DNA of 64,000 nt from Raillietiella orientalis (GCA_036172245.1 JAYWIR010000003.1:2294001-2358000); one strand, 5' to 3'. Shown: positions 1 to 14,964, numbered from the stretch's first letter. Notes: a model not told the origin generated them from the letters alone. A program made the numbers and translations.

Positions 1-3000
1 GAACGCATCCCAAAGGGAGAAAAAGCGATCTCGCAGGAGAGCTCAAGGGATTCTTTCGTCGCGTGCGGTCCCTCATAACTCGCTCATAACTCGCTCCGAC
101 CTTAAGAGAAGCCCTACCTGCTGCAGATTCGCGGCAGCCAACCTTCTCCAACGGTCGCTCACTAAGCTTCTGCTTCTCCTTGGCTTCCATGGGAACAGAT
201 CCCCGTTACACAGGACGGAAGTATCCCAGCAGCTCCCCCGTTGTCCCCTGCATCGAGAAACCGCCGAGCAACTGCGAAGAGAGCCGAAAAGTTTTTGCCG
301 ATTGAAGTCCTTTCGCATCTCCGCTCAGCATCCCGCACTGGAACAGGAAGACCTTCCCTCCTAGATGTTCGCAAGACGTCCGTGAAGACCGTGGAGTTGA
401 ATCTGGACCAGTGTTTATCTCCAGACGTCTCTCATCGCTGTTTTGACCCCTACCAGCCTGCATGGGTCACAGATGAAGGGCTCCCGAAATTGTCGATTTT
501 CCCTTCGATGGAACATCCGAGTCCCAGCTGTGCCATCCCATCGCGCGATCAGGAAAACGCGAAACTGCTCTCAAGCAAAACCTTGGGATCATCGGTCATC
601 AATTAGCAGATGATCCTCTGGAGCGACCTTCTCATGCAAGTGATTCCGGTAGAAGGAATTGAAGGCCGGCACAAGTACAAGATGGCACTGGATTCTTCCC
701 GAAGGTAGAATTGCAGCATTTCAAAACAGCTTATTCCTCCCATGTGTTCCACTGCCGGGATTCCAAGGTCACTCTGCGCTCTAGGAGTGGCTCGTTAGGT
801 TCCCGTTTCCACTTGAAATGCCTTCGCAGTAAGACACGTGCAGCATCCTTGATTTTTTTTTTTGTCATTCCTGATTGCATCTCCCTGTTTTCCGTGTGAC
901 TCCAAGAACGGACACGCAAAAAGTTTTCTTCTTCGCTTCTCGTATTCGCCTGCGTTATCAACGAGAGCTGATCTGAAGAACGTGGCTTCAAGGGTCTTCT
1001 TGCTCGAGCCTTTCGCGATGGGCTGATCAGATAGCCTCGCGCTCCCCAAAGGGAAGAGCACTTTCTTCCCTGCTTGAAGATCAGTCCCCTTTTCTCACGA
1101 AATCCTTTCGGAATGTCTGGAACGACCGACGGCATGATCCAAGAACTCGGGCCCCTGCAGGGCTATGCGGAAAGGTGAGGACGAAACGAGAGGCTCGCAA
1201 AGTAATGCGGTTCCCGCGAAGACGTCTTTTCAGGAACCGCGAGGCGATGCTCGTTAGCTTCGTCTTGAAGGAAACGGAGTAAGCGGGAAAGCCGACGGCT
1301 GTTCCTGGACTAGAATTGGGCTCAGGAATTCATCGGCACTTGGTTGTGGCCTCGGCCGGAGACAAGAGGGATGCACGCCCCACACGGGAGGATTTCGAAA
1401 AACGCAAGACCGATCGCTGTTCTCCACCTCTGTACTCTCCCGGCATAAATCTTCACAGGGAAGAGGTCGTCGGATGGGAACATGAAAATTAAATGTCACT
1501 CTTCTGCCTTGCGACTTCGAGTGGAGGCACACAGAAGGCAGTCTGAGGCAGACTGCGTGGAAATGGCCAGCCGCAAACGACATGAATTCCCACCGTTACA
1601 AATGGCAAGGGCAACCTCACCTCCTCTAGAGTGATCCGCATGTGAGCTGCACCAGCCACGTTCCCAGCAGAACGTCACGCGTTTCCTCGGAAACGCGGTT
1701 GTGAACGAATAAGCACGCAGTTTCTCTGGACTTGGCACATCACGCTCTCAAAGGGCGCGCTTGAGACAACAGAATGCCAGCAGCGGTTTTCAAAAGTTGG
1801 GCATCCCGTGCAATCGACGAATGATAAATTCGACGCAGATGCATGGGAGCATTAAAAAAGATGGAAAACACGATGTGAAGACGTTTGAATCGATAGGGAG
1901 AACGTGTGCGAGAAACCAGTCATTCTGTTTGATGATTTTCCGTCTTGCAGCACCGTCCACAATTCTGCGGCTGGTCGCGACACCACACTCACCGTGGAGT
2001 CTTGCCCCCATCTTCTTACACCCAGGTATCACTGACCCAACAACAAGCCGCTCTCGTGCTGCATCCTGAATTTCTCCTGCAGAAGGAATTTCTGCAGGGG
2101 ATGAATGCCTGATTCGCACCAGTTTGTTGCTGTCCCTGGGAATTCTTCTCAGTGCCCCCTTCACAAAAAGGGCAGCAGCCTCTTCTCTCCGAGTTGTTCC
2201 GGCTTCAGCGAGGTCCTATTTGAGAAACGAATCTCCGATCCGAGCAGTGTAGCGAGCGGTTCCGGAAAGGATCATCGAACGGCACTATTTCGGGCAACCG
2301 AAAAGCGGCATACGAGTGAATCGTTCTGAGGGTTTTTGGTGAGGAAGAAAGCAGCTTCCCTTGGGTTTGCAAGATGCAACGTGACGATTCCAGAATTCGA
2401 TGTTTCTGCCGCACATCACTGCATGCTCTATCGGAAAGAAAAAAAAAAAAAAAAAAAAAGGCTCGGCTTTCTCCGAAAGGATTTTGCGACCACGCAGGGA
2501 TTTCAAGATTAGCGGAAACGCATCTCCGAGATCATTCTCTTCCAAATGAAATTCACTCTGCTTTCGAAAGTGGCAGTGATATTTTTACACTGGGGTTTCA
2601 TCCATGATCTGCCTTTGACAAAACCACATGCTCTTTTCCATTCCGTTCGATGTGCAAAGTCTGTTTGTCAGGAGCGCCTAGTTATTGTCCTTGTAATGGG
2701 TGCAACCCATAATAAGGTTTTCGATCCACCAGCAGCAAAGCTGGTATCGGTGTGTGGCACATTCTTCCATGGCTTGATTTTCCAATTTCATAGAAAGATG
2801 AGCGTAACGACTTTTTCCAAATGACGAAGCGATTAAAATTTTATTCTGGATTCAGAATATCGAACGGCGAACTCTTCGATGCTCCTCACTGAGGCAGCCT
2901 TCCCATCAGGGAACCTTCAGTTAAGACACCCACGTGAACAAAGTGGCTTTCCTTTTGACCAGCAACTCATTCTCTTTCAGCCACATTCGTGGTAGCTCCC

Positions 3001-6000
3001 GTGGATCCTATTTGTACGTGTAGCAGCAGAAGTTTGCGCTCTTGGCGTTATTGGCATTTCCGTCTCTCGTTTTCTCTTGTCTCTAAGAGCCAGCAAACAT
3101 CATCCATTTGCGAAGGCTTCGCTATTGGAGGAGGGGGTCAAACGCCAAGACGCTCGTTCCGAGGAGTCCTTCCAAAGCAGAAAAACACGAACTGCTGCCA
3201 TCTTCCTGCTGAATCCATGATGCAGTTCATCCAAGGCAAGGAAGAGATCACGAAGATTCTTGCGATGACTAGAAGGAGGCGAATCGGACGTCTGCTAGCA
3301 AGGAACATTCGAGTGCTGCATTTTTCCTATCTGTTGCTGCGGCTCGTGGTTCGGTTCCAGATTTCAAAACCTTCTAACAGTGCCACCAGGACCTGCCAAA
3401 ATTTCTGCTGTTTCTCACCACGAATTCTTGTTCTTCCCACGGGATTTCCTGGAGGGTCGAGAGAATGCGGTCACGGCCGCACGCTGCCAGTTGCACCACT
3501 CCTTGTTTCTCTTGCGGATCGCACCTCGGTCCTCTTCTTCAGCAGAAGGAAACGACGATGTACCCCGATTTGAAGCGGGAGCTCCCCTTGAGGCAACAGG
3601 AGTCAGCGCCCCTGATCATGCATTGGGGGTCTCTCCCGTACAAAGCGCTCCTGCACTATCGAACGCAGCGCAATGTGAACCCCAGCTGTGATGGGTGCAG
3701 AGAAAGGGCGTCCTGTATTGCTAGGACCTTCCGGCTTCCATCGGAAAGTCCAGGGGACGTCATCAGGCACCCTTTCGTGCATGCTGCGCTTCCACCAGCC
3801 GCGCCCCTGTCACAGTGATTCGCTGTCTTCGGTACGGTAGTTCTGGAACGCCGCAAGAAGAGGCCGAAATGGAAAGGACGACATCTGCTGGGCGAAACTC
3901 TTCCTGAGTATCACCACGAGATGGCCGCATCCTGCAGCAGATAAGCAGGAACGTCGTTGAACACTACGCAATCTCCTTCCAACCCTTTCCCCCTCGAAAA
4001 CAAAAAAACAAGCAGCTTTTGGAATTATTTACTTGTTTTTATTCTGCGCCCCTCTTGTTTGCTGCCGATTCTTCAGGATGAACTTTGAGCTGCCATGCTC
4101 CCTGAAACACCTGGGACGTGGTGTCTCAACACCGATTTTCTGTGTGCGCCTTTGCTGTTGCTACCGATGAACGCCCTGGTGTGACCGTGTGCAGAACCTC
4201 AATTCCAAGTCCACCGTCCTCTAGTGAGGACGGTGGTGGTCTCTGCGTCGTCCAGACGGGGAGCCCGGGTGCCCTGCACGCCCATTCCAGGAACGCGTTC
4301 CTCGACTCCCTCCGGCCTGCATCTCCCGCCTGCGTGTGCCCCCGGCGGCCTCTACCCGTGGGCGGCCGGCTTCCTTTGCTCGGCCGAACGGTACCTAGCG
4401 GGGGCTTCCGGGTCCGAGCGCGGTGAGCGTGGAGAGCGGGGGATCGTGAGGATGGCAAGCGGGATGAGCGCCCATTTTGGAGGATGCCGAGATCCCGCTA
4501 TTCGGAGTGTAGGATCCTGCTCCGCCCGCTGTCCGGAGGGCACGTTTATCGTTTTCCTGTGCACTGTTGTGTTATGCTGGATGCAGATCCCTGGACCTCT
4601 CTCCCTCTCCCGGCAGGTTGCAAATAATGAACATCTCGACCGGGAGTACCCTATTAGTGCCTCGTTACCATACCGTTGGCACGGAGCGCGCATCTGAGCG
4701 AGAAATCCGGAAGAATTTATAATCTGGATTTTATTAAGGTTCATTCCTGGATCGGGATCGTGGGATCGGGAACTGCTCAAAGGCTTCAACTCTGGAAATT
4801 TTCGACTCGCTCACCCCTTCCCGCATCCCTGAGAGAGAGGAAGGCGGAGAGAAAGTTTCCCGACGCTGAGGGGGGAATTTCCAGGATTGTAAGGGAGAGG
4901 AGGGGGAGTAGCCGACACGAAGCCACTACCCCGGAGTCGAGACGGCTGCCCCTCCCCATCTCCTCTTGCTGCCTCCTGAAAAGGGGTGGTGGTGTCCAGG
5001 TGGGCCGCTACTCTGCGTTCGGTGAGAGCTCTTCGACTCCCGCGGGGGTCTAAGGCGTCGGTACGTCCGGATGGCCATGTGTTCCTCGCTCTGCTCCTCG
5101 GCGTTGTTTTTCAGGCTCAGAGCGCAGCTGCTCTGCGGAGCAGCCTTCCTCCACGAAAACAGGGCGCCGGGTAGACCTCCGGTGCGCGCACCCAACAGGA
5201 ATAGGCGCCTCCGCGCTCCGACAAGGCCGTAATTATTTCCCGCCAATCAGTGAAGAAAACAGTGAAGAGCTCTGCGAATTCATTTGTCAACCTCCGCGAG
5301 CGAGGGTCCCAGGCTCAGGTTCGGGCATGCGCCTTCCTCCCGGGAGCACAACTTGCTGGTCCGAGGTGTGCTCGCCTCCCGTAATCGGCGGTGCTACGGG
5401 AGCGCAGCTGGACGGTTTCTCCTCCCGAACCAAGACGAAGTGCCTCCCGACAACATAATTTCCAGAGTCCGTCCTGGACCACTCTGTGGCTTTTGAGATC
5501 TTGGATCCGCCTTCCAGGATGCATTTCCAAGGAACCCCCCCCGAATTCCTGATCTTCCGAGGAATCGATAGGTTTCTGGAACGGGTTCGCTGCTACCGGA
5601 GGCTCACCGTGTTCCGTTTCAGTCTGACGTTCCCGTGAGCGAGGACCGAAAAATCAATGCTCACTTTGGTTGAAGGATCACTAGATGCCTACGGGCAGAT
5701 CCCGGGTGGTGATAAAGCGACCGCCTTCTCTGCAGCCGGACGCAAAATTCCTCTCGCATAGAAGGGTCTGGAGTGGAATTGACGCTCTTGGAAACCAGTT
5801 CGGTCGGACCAGAGGGAAGAGGAAGAGCTGGCGGTGCTCTTCCTTTTCTTCCTCCTTCTTCTCCTCTTCCTCCTCCCATTCTCCGTTCCTTTCCCTGCAT
5901 CCGCCGATCCTCTTTACCTCTCTGCCACTGCGGTGGAAGCAGCACTCACCGGTTGCACGTGCAACCAGCCGCCGTGGGCGCTGCCAAGCGAAATATCTTT

Positions 6001-7039
6001 GCGAATCGTCCGCAGGAGTGCCATTCAACAGGCGCGGCGTATCAGCTTGCCGATGTGTCTGCTGCTCGCTATCGTTTGGGGAGAAGAGTTCGCTGGCGGG
6101 GAGGAGTCCAGCATCACCGACAGCCACACGAGCTCCGAGTGATCCTCTCGAACGTGCAGAAGAATACAAATAAAAAACAAAAACAAAAAAGCATCGGTGT
6201 TTCTTTGACGCAGGGAGTGGCTTTTTTTTTTTTTTTTGTTTCAGCCCCTGAGAGGAGGAAGAAGCGCGTGTGAAAATTTTTCAGCACCTTCACACGACCA
6301 TGCGTTCGGTACATCTGGTCACTCCGGATGATTAATCTTCAGAAATCAAACCGGTTGATTGCCAGGTTGACGCCTAAGTTCATGGTGGTGTGTCGGCGAA
6401 CTCTCCCTGCCCAAGACTGCCGCAAAGCGAGACCACGGCGACCACCTGAGGACTTGATGTTGACGCCTGCATTGGCGATTCCTGATGCTGCTTGGAATGC
6501 TCTCCTTCTCATCTCCAGGAGTGTGCGCTCGCGGAACGGCGAAATTCCCGGATCCCTCGTGCGCCAGTAGGATTCCACTCTCCCGTTCCGCTGTTTGTTC
6601 ATCTTCTCCTTCCCAGCCCGACTGCTGTGTTTTCGCCTCCCATGCCACCCACACGCTCACCCACCACTCCGGAAGGCGGCAGCAAGCGGCCACATCTCCC
6701 CGGCGGTCACTCGACGTGGCGCATGGCTTTTCCTTTCGCAGAAGCGGTCCATATCCCAGGGTGCCTTTCTTGCTGCACGTGGGATTGCCGCCATCTTCTG
6801 TTGCGTTCGGCATCATCATCAGCAACAACGTGGGCGCGCGAGCGTATGGAAGGTGAATGGATGGAAAGGATGAGTGGTGAATGGAAGGATGAGAAGCCCG
6901 GAAGACATTTCCTTTTCCCGTCCTGCTTGTGGTACAACCGGGATGCAGCTTGATCGAAGTTATCAACATGGAAGAGGATTTTTCTCGAGTCACAAAGGGG
7001 CGAAGGATGCCCAAAAATCCATGAGGAGTGACCGGTCTT

Positions 7040-7410
7040 TTATCTCCTTCTTCTTCTCCTCCTCCTCCTCCTATTCCCTTCCTCCTCATTCTTGCATGAA
7101 CAATGGCATTCATTTACAAGCTTTTTGTCCAGAGGTTGACCCCGGCCTTGGTGTGGTTGCTGCTGCGCTGTCGGCTGTTCCTCACGATCGCGACGGGACT
7201 CCTTCTCCTCTTCCCTTCCTCCTCGTCCTCCTCCTTCTCTTCCCTTCCTCCTCGTCCACTCTTCCCTCCTCCTCCTCTTCCCTTTCTCCTCCCTCCCGCA
7301 TGAACAATGACATTCAATTACAAGCTTTTTGTCCAGCGGTTGACCCCGGTCTTAGTGTGGTTGCAGCAGCGCTGTTGGATGTTCCGCGCGATCGCGACGG
7401 GACTTTCTTC
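7040..7410. repeat. Local tandem duplication, two diverged copies with a 204-bp period
   Basis: gcatgaacaatg(g/a)cattca(t/a)ttacaagctttttgtccag...gatcgcgacgggact occurs at 7094-7200 and again at 7298-7404; each copy is preceded by a CT-rich tract. Confidence 0.9.
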
Positions 7411-10400
7411 TGGTGAGGGGACGGCGAAGAAAGGAGGCAGCGAACGATTTTCCAAGGATCTCGGGGTGCCAGTTCGAAATGGGAATGGAGGGGAGGAAGG
7501 GGAAAAAAAGTTTTTCGGGTTGAGGGAGGCTTTAGGATTCGATGCGGAGTCGGAAAGTTCGGGGAAGGCTGCGGAATTCCTTCTTGCACCTCCGTGGCGG
7601 GGAAACAAAGCCTGCTGACAGGACGCTGCATGAAATATCTTTCCGAAGCGCGAAGACAGAAGGCGCGGGTTCCTGACTGCGCCGATGTGTGGGGGGGACC
7701 CGGTGTTCCAGAGACGAGCCTCCTTTTATTTTTCGCCCTGCTTCGTCCTCCTCTTCTCGGAAGCCACCCACGCGCCCCCTTCCCCTCCTCTCTTCCCGAG
7801 GAGGGCGAGCAGCCACGGCAAGCGGGATCTGGAGCAACCATCCTACTGACGCGCGGGTGTTGCTGGAAGCCAAGAACTCGGAAAGAGATTCAAGGATGCG
7901 ATCTTGACGTGGAAATGGCAGGGGGAGAGGGAAAAGGAGGGCGCATCCTACTTCGTCCGCTCGGCGCATAGCTGCGTGACAGTGATGGATCGCGCGGGAT
8001 GCGTTTTCCTCGCGAACTCTGCCTCCGTCAGTCGCAACAAGGCATCTCGTTATTGGATTCTCCGGGACGCGTCTGCAAGAGCGCGGAGACTTGCAGATGT
8101 TCCGTCGCTCCTAGCCGCAGCAGCACCTCTGGGAGGAAGAGGATGGAGTTTCCCCACCTCCCCATCCCCCATCCCAAAAAGCCGGTCCGCCGGCGGGGCT
8201 TCCCTTTGGTTTCGCCTTCAGCCCCTCACCCCTCCCCCTTCCTCCTCGCCTCCCGGCTCGCGTGGAAGCGGAGGAGAGGCTGAGGGAAAGGAAAGGCGAA
8301 AAGATCGGGGATTTCCGGTGGCGGCAATTAAACGCGTCCTCCGGGGTTCCGCCCCCAGATGAACCCACCAGCCCCGGGGGGAGGAAAGAGGGGGTGAGGG
8401 GAGGGGAGGGAGGGACGAGGGGAGCCGGAGAAAAGGAAAAGAGGCATCAGCAAGAGGCAGAGACGGCGGCGCGCCTCCGCCAGCGAGACGCCCTCCGCGA
8501 AAGAAGGACGCCAGGGATGCCGGGAGGCGCGCCGCCATCTATCCTCCCCCAATCGATGATCACAATGATCGCAGAAGAGAGCCTGTGGTTCCTCGAACGT
8601 TTGCAAATCGAATTCTCTCGATGGACCCTCGTGCGCCGCTCGCTTCTTTGTGTTTCCACGCATCCGATCACGCTCCAGAGCCCGGTTGCTTTCGCGGGCG
8701 AATGGGAATCTCGGGCTTTTTCAATGCGTAGGTAATGAGGAAGCCTCAGCCACGGCATCTCCCAATTACCCGAGCTACATGTTGCAGCTGTTATCGGCCG
8801 CGCAGGAAGAGCATTCATCTCGATTTTATATTTCATAAATGCTGACGGCAGACTCTCCCACAGGATTGTTCGTATCGGGAAAACATTTACAACAAATAAA
8901 CTTCCTTCCATCCCCGGGAGAGCGGACCGCTCTAGCAATCAGTAGTATTTCATCCAGGTTCGCCCGGATCCGCGCCGCTCCCTCTTTACGGATCGCCGCA
9001 ACGTGAGGAACGCGAAGAGCAGCAAGGGATGGCAAAGAGGAAAACGGCGGCCTCCGAACGCTCTCACGATTGCCATCGGAACCAGGAGCTGCTGCTCCTG
9101 GGGAGGGAAGGGGAGCCAGCGGTGGCTGCGTTTCCTCCTCGGTCCCTGGGCTCCGGCCCTCGAGTGGTCAAATCCGAGCGGCATGCGCTCCGAGAAGAGG
9201 CGACCCCGGGACGCGAACCTGCGCCCTCTCGGCGGCGCTCCAGCGTGGAGCAGGGATCCTACCCTTTTCCACCTCCGAAGAGGTTCCTGTCACGGAGCGA
9301 GCCACCTACGAAAACCTTTCTGGATGCTGCACTTCTCCGCAAAGCACCACCGCTCGGAGGCGGGCCGCTTCCCGGCGGCGCTGCTGTCCACCGCCGCCAG
9401 GCCAACCCGAGATCGCTGACGACACACCGGATTGGACTGGCACGCCACCGTACAGGAGCAGAACGGCTGCACGCCAGCTAGGATCCACTCCCATCTCCTT
9501 CACCTACGCTGCAGGTAGCACACGACCTGCTACGAGCCCTCCGCTCCCTTTGACGAGAGCGAGCGGCGGCACGGGAACTCCCGGGGATGGGGAAGTCAAA
9601 CGTTCCCTCCGAGCTGCCGAGAACTGCGGACGGTTCGAGCTGGTCTCGCAGAGGAACCGACCTTATCTTTCATCTCATCGGTCGCCTCCATCAGATAAGC
9701 TTCCGTTGCCGTGCCGCAGCTCGCTCCCGATCAATGAGTATTTGCGAAATTCCGTATCTGCGAAATCATGATCTGGAAGGATAGCGAGAGCTCCCTCCCG
9801 AAACGGCGACCTATAAATAGAATCTCACGACTGCACCGCGCAAAGTCCGATGCGATGGCAGCGGTCATCGCATTGGTCGATTGGAGATGCCCAGCCGTGA
9901 TGCATCGGCCCAGGCAGGTCATCGCGTTTCCCTCTCGCTTCCGCCCTTCTGCTCCAAAGTGGCGTGCTTCGTCCGTGCCGTCGCGAGCTCGGACCTGCGT
10001 GGTCACGAGGCCACGCTGGATAGCGTGAGAACCCTCCAGCGTTTCGCTCCCGGCCTTACGCGGAAACACGGGAGTTCGCGACCGGTACAACTGGTAACCC
10101 GGGCATCGCGTTCGAGCACACCCTGCACGGTTCCCGCTCTGGCGCTCTCCTTGGAAGGTTCAGGTGCTGCGGAGGACACATTGGGTTCGAAAAGCGAATT
10201 CGGGAACCTCCAAGCAACCGGAATCGATCCACCTGGGGCGGTCTGAGATGCGACAACGGAGAGAGCATCTTCAGCGTTCTGGAGATTGGTGCGGATGCGG
10301 GACAGAAATAACGCGTCGATTGCGCCTCCTAAGACCGCGAGAGGCACTATCCAGATTGCAGTTCCTCCGCCTTCGAGGACCACTTGAAGAGCCTGTCGCA

Positions 10401-10901
10401 AAGGGAGTTGCCTCGTTTCGCAGGACGGAGTTTCTCTTTATTCCATTTTTCTTCTTCTTTCGAAACAGATCTCTGGAGATGCAGCTTCTGCAAGCCGTGG
10501 TTTTCTTCTTTCTTTTTTTCTTTTTTTTCCCCTTCTATCGTTTGGAATTTCTCTAATAAAGAGGATTTCTTCGAAAAATTACCGAGCCATTGTTTTCCCA
10601 CTGCATTTGAAATTATTCTGCTTCTTTGTTCCCTAGGCAAAGAAATCGAAAAATAACAGCGGAACTAATTCACTACCATAACCTGCGTTAGGGTCATGGC
10701 AGAAACTCATTAGTACGGACAAGGCCAAACGCCAATCAGATTCCGTTTTCTCTTTCGATGGGATGAAGCGCAAAACGTTTCGTTTCAAAGAGGTGGCCTC
10801 GCAGCAACTGCACGGCGGGGTCACATGTGAGGTTATAATTGCGCATCCTGGAGAACAATGTGCTGCTGTTACCTGCATGCCGTCCCCAGAGCTCTTTCCC
10901 A

Positions 10902-10950
10902 GCACACACATACACACACACACACACACACGCGCACGCACGCACGCACA
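10902..10950. repeat. (CA)n/(CGCA)n microsatellite
   Basis: gcacacacatacacacacacacacacacacgcgcacgcacgcacgcaca read directly. Confidence 0.9.
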
Positions 10951-13002
10951 AAACAAGACTCCAGCACCCGCTCACCGGTCCGCTCGGGCTTCGGTGCGAG
11001 CGGAAGACCGCCGCCGGCTACGACCAGATCGACTTCACGACCTGGAAGGTGATCGCAGGAAGGCGGGATGATCCCGGAGGGATGGGAAGGCGTTCTGGAT
11101 CGTCCGAAGGAGAAGCAGGGAATTTCAGGTTTCCTCGGATTCGAGTGAGCCCTGGAGTCGTCGCCGTCTTCAAGGTGAAGAGTCTGCGGTTAACGGGGAT
11201 GGTTTATCTTGGAGGCACGATCTTGCCGCTACCCCCAGCGCGGCTGCGCTGCCGAGGCGCACTTTCAGGAGATGGCGCAGGGATGTGATTCTCCTTCCGC
11301 TTTGTTCTGGAGGAGGGGAACGCACGCTTGCCTGTCTGCCGCCGAAATCCGAGGACGAATAGAATCGCTCCCTGCATCGACAGCCTTGAACTCTGAAACG
11401 TGCGCAAAGCAGATCCACGTGTCCGTCCACCTAAATCCATACGCGCACGAAGCGAAAGCCCCGGTCACTTCGCGGGGGAAAACTCACGTTTCGTAGCAAC
11501 TCGAGATAAGGCACGGGGTACGCCCTAAAGGAGCAGCGTTGGGAGGCACAGGTGAACGCAAAGAAATGATTTACGGAGTTTTCGTATCTTCCCATTGGCT
11601 GCGCTCGTGAGATGGGCAGTGCGAAAATGATGGATTATGACAGCCCTCCATGCAAAATGGGCGGTCAACAGACTCTGGAAGGGAGTTTTCTTGAGCCGGA
11701 TTCCACCACTCACAGGATGGGAAACCCCAAGGTTCTAGACGGGAAGGATTGAAATTGGTCCATGGCACTGATATCATCTGCCAAGACGTCCAAATTGAAA
11801 CGTCACTTTTAATGGTGGCTTTCTCTTTTTGAAAACGAGATATAAATGATTCTTCTAATTCTCGGCAGATGAACGATAGCCATTCCCAGGTCGGAACCTT
11901 TCAACTGGGAGTGACAACAATAGCTCTCCCTTAGAAGTAAACATCAATCACTTAAGAAATCCATTAATCTAAGTGACAGAGGCGCGCGGACTGCTAGGTT
12001 ATCTAGAAACATGCTGTCGTTATGTTATCATATCCTCCCCTTGCCTCTTCCCACTAATTCATAACGAAGAGGGAAGAAAGAGAACAGAATTGGACAATGA
12101 AGAAAGGGAAACGTTCTTAAACCATCTGCACATACTTTATTGGTCCGAGGACTCAAGAAAAACAAACATGGGAACAGACTAGAACGGTTCACGGGTTGCA
12201 GCTACGGGAGAGCCGTACACATAAAATGGTCGTTCTGTACAGCTGGTATGCGACCATTTCCCCACTCGTGGCTGACCGCGTCAGCTACTCACTAGAACAG
12301 GAATACACTGAAGGATGAATTCCTCGCAGGAAAAGGGTTGAAAATGTGGTTTCGCATCCCGGTCTCCTTGGTTTGATCCCGCCGGTCTCTCCCAGCGGAA
12401 CCACTTGACGTTGGTTGCCTCCTGGTGTAAGATCAGAGATAAACTTTTGTGAATCTTTCGTCTCGGATGCGCTTTCTATTCTCTGTGGGCGTTGTACCCC
12501 ATGGTGATATTGTGGAAACCTGGAGGAGCAGACGGAAGATGCAAGATTCAAGCACTGGAGATTCGCCGGGAAACAAACCGGGATTTGGTGATTGTCAGTA
12601 ACTATCGAGCCAGACATCCAAATTCATCCTCTGTGCTGCGAATGGATCACGTGGGTCTGAAAAGCAAGAAAGGAAGAAAGAAAGAAATCCTTTCCTACCA
12701 CTCACGTGCGCCGACTCGCCACATTTTCTGAAGCTTTCAAAAAACTCACACTCGAAAGAATTCGCGACTTTCGCGCTCTTCAGAGGAACTCGAGGAACCT
12801 TAAGTGAGCCGCGGCTCGTTGCAGAGTGTCCTTCGAGACCACTGCTTTTTTTTCCTCCCCCCCCCCCATTCTGCTGCTGACCAACTCCTCCATTTAACCG
12901 GCGTCGTTTTCACGCTTAATAACTTGAAGGCGGTGGTTAAGAATCGCAAACGTACACACACACACACGCGTGTAGTATAGTCATGATATCTGCTGGTGGG
13001 TG

Positions 13003-13008
13003 TTTATT
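13003..13008 (-). terminator. Candidate Scr polyadenylation signal
   Basis: AATAAA on the minus strand about 655 nt after the Scr stop, followed about 40 nt downstream by a GT-rich run (plus-strand acacacacacac near 12955-12967). No transcript evidence. Confidence 0.35.
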
Positions 13009-13663
13009 CGCTGCTCGGTATCCGAGGAGGTTTTTTTGCCGTTGCCGGCTATCGCTTTCGCGGCAACGGAACCGAGATGTTGAACACGGGATTCGGGACC
13101 CATGAAAGTGGAAACAATAAGTTCTTTCGCTTCTGTCCCAGCGAAGACAGTTAAGTGCTTGTTCTGACATCTGCCCCGGCTGAAAATTATAACAGAAAGA
13201 GACTCACTTAGAAGGAAAAGGAAAAGACATTAAAAACAAGTCGAGGATCAATCGTTACCATCGATACGGACAGAAGCTTCTTTTTTTTTTTTTCCTTTAG
13301 ATACAGCGGGAAATCTTGAGACGATCGTAAGCGAGCGTTCTTTTCTGCGGCGGTGAAGAGGAAAGCGCTCGGAACATTGCTCAAGAGAAGCGCCGCATAG
13401 GCAAAACGGTCATTTCTTTCCTAAGATAGAAGCTTCCGAAAAGTGTGGGGACATTTTCTAAAATAGAAACGCTCGAAAGCTGCGGAACGGGATTGCGAAT
13501 AACGAGTCTTTAAAATTCATTGCAGAATAGGGTGCGAGACTTCTGCCTCGGGGCAAGGCTCGCTCGCAGAGCGACTGCTTTGTTTAACACTTTCCATGTC
13601 AATCTAATAAAGAGTCTCTTCTTACTTTCAGGAGAGAAAAAAGGAAAAAAAAAAAAAAAAAAA

Positions 13664-14158
<495 letters not shown>

Positions 14159-14938
14159 TTAGCAACGAGATTTTGCAAGCAATCGATCATGCGGATGGCA
14201 ACAACGCAGATTCGCGGGGCATCCCCCAGCAAAATATTGAACCAGTAATTTCCCGTCCAGGATTCACTCTCCCTTCCAAGGAATCCGTCTATCCCGCAGT
14301 AATTAGCATACGCCAATGGTGCCTCGGGAAGATGCCTTACGAAAGCGCTTTGGAGCCAGATCCGCTCGCTTCTGGAAAAGTCAGCGCCATTCGCGCTACC
14401 GGGCAACCAGTCGGAGCTTCCCACAAATCATAAGGGAAACACGGGAGGCACGTTTGTCTTCATGAATAAATGAATGCGAAAACATTTCAATTAATCGGGA
14501 AGTGATTCTCTGCATAAATCGATGTGATCAATGAGCGATCAATGAACAACCTGTGCGTCTCTTGAGTTGTCTTTCGCCATCCACCGGAGCGATCGTCGGC
14601 GGTTTCACATCCGAAGCACGGGGAGAAGCCGAGGCTTCGCATCTTCCGGCACCCCTCCTACTAACGGCCAACGTATAGGCCCTTACCAAAAGACAGCCAA
14701 CTGTTCAGCGATGCTCGCAGCACTGCATCCTTGCTACGATGAATTCCTATTTTCGCACTCTTGGGATGAAAATCGGAAAGCCATTTAGCCGCATCCTTAA
14801 CTTAGGAGAGGTCACTCCTCCGTAGATCTCATCCGGACCGTGGCGGTGGCTCTGCGCTTTGGGGAGGAGCAGGGAGCCGTCGCAACAGCGTCAAAGTAAG
14901 AACAAGAAGCATTCAGCGAGTGGTCTTGCAGAAGGGAG

Positions 14939-14964
14939 ACCGTACGATCGTTGGATCGTACGGT
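14939..14964. repeat. Perfect inverted repeat, 11-bp stem with 4-nt loop
   Basis: accgtacgatc-gttg-gatcgtacggt. Confidence 0.85.

Noticed and set aside
3000..10400. Possible decayed retroelement or pseudogene fragments (for example PGTWCLNTDF near 4115, YKLFVQRL near 7115)
   Set aside because: Only vague resemblance to reverse-transcriptase motifs; no YxDD, integrase core, LTRs or TIRs recognised. A profile search would be needed.
1..13600. Expected miR-10 hairpin or Dfd exons 3' of Scr
   Set aside because: I found no match to miR-10-5p/3p and no further homeobox or YPWM exon; they presumably lie beyond position 1. A visual scan could miss a diverged copy.
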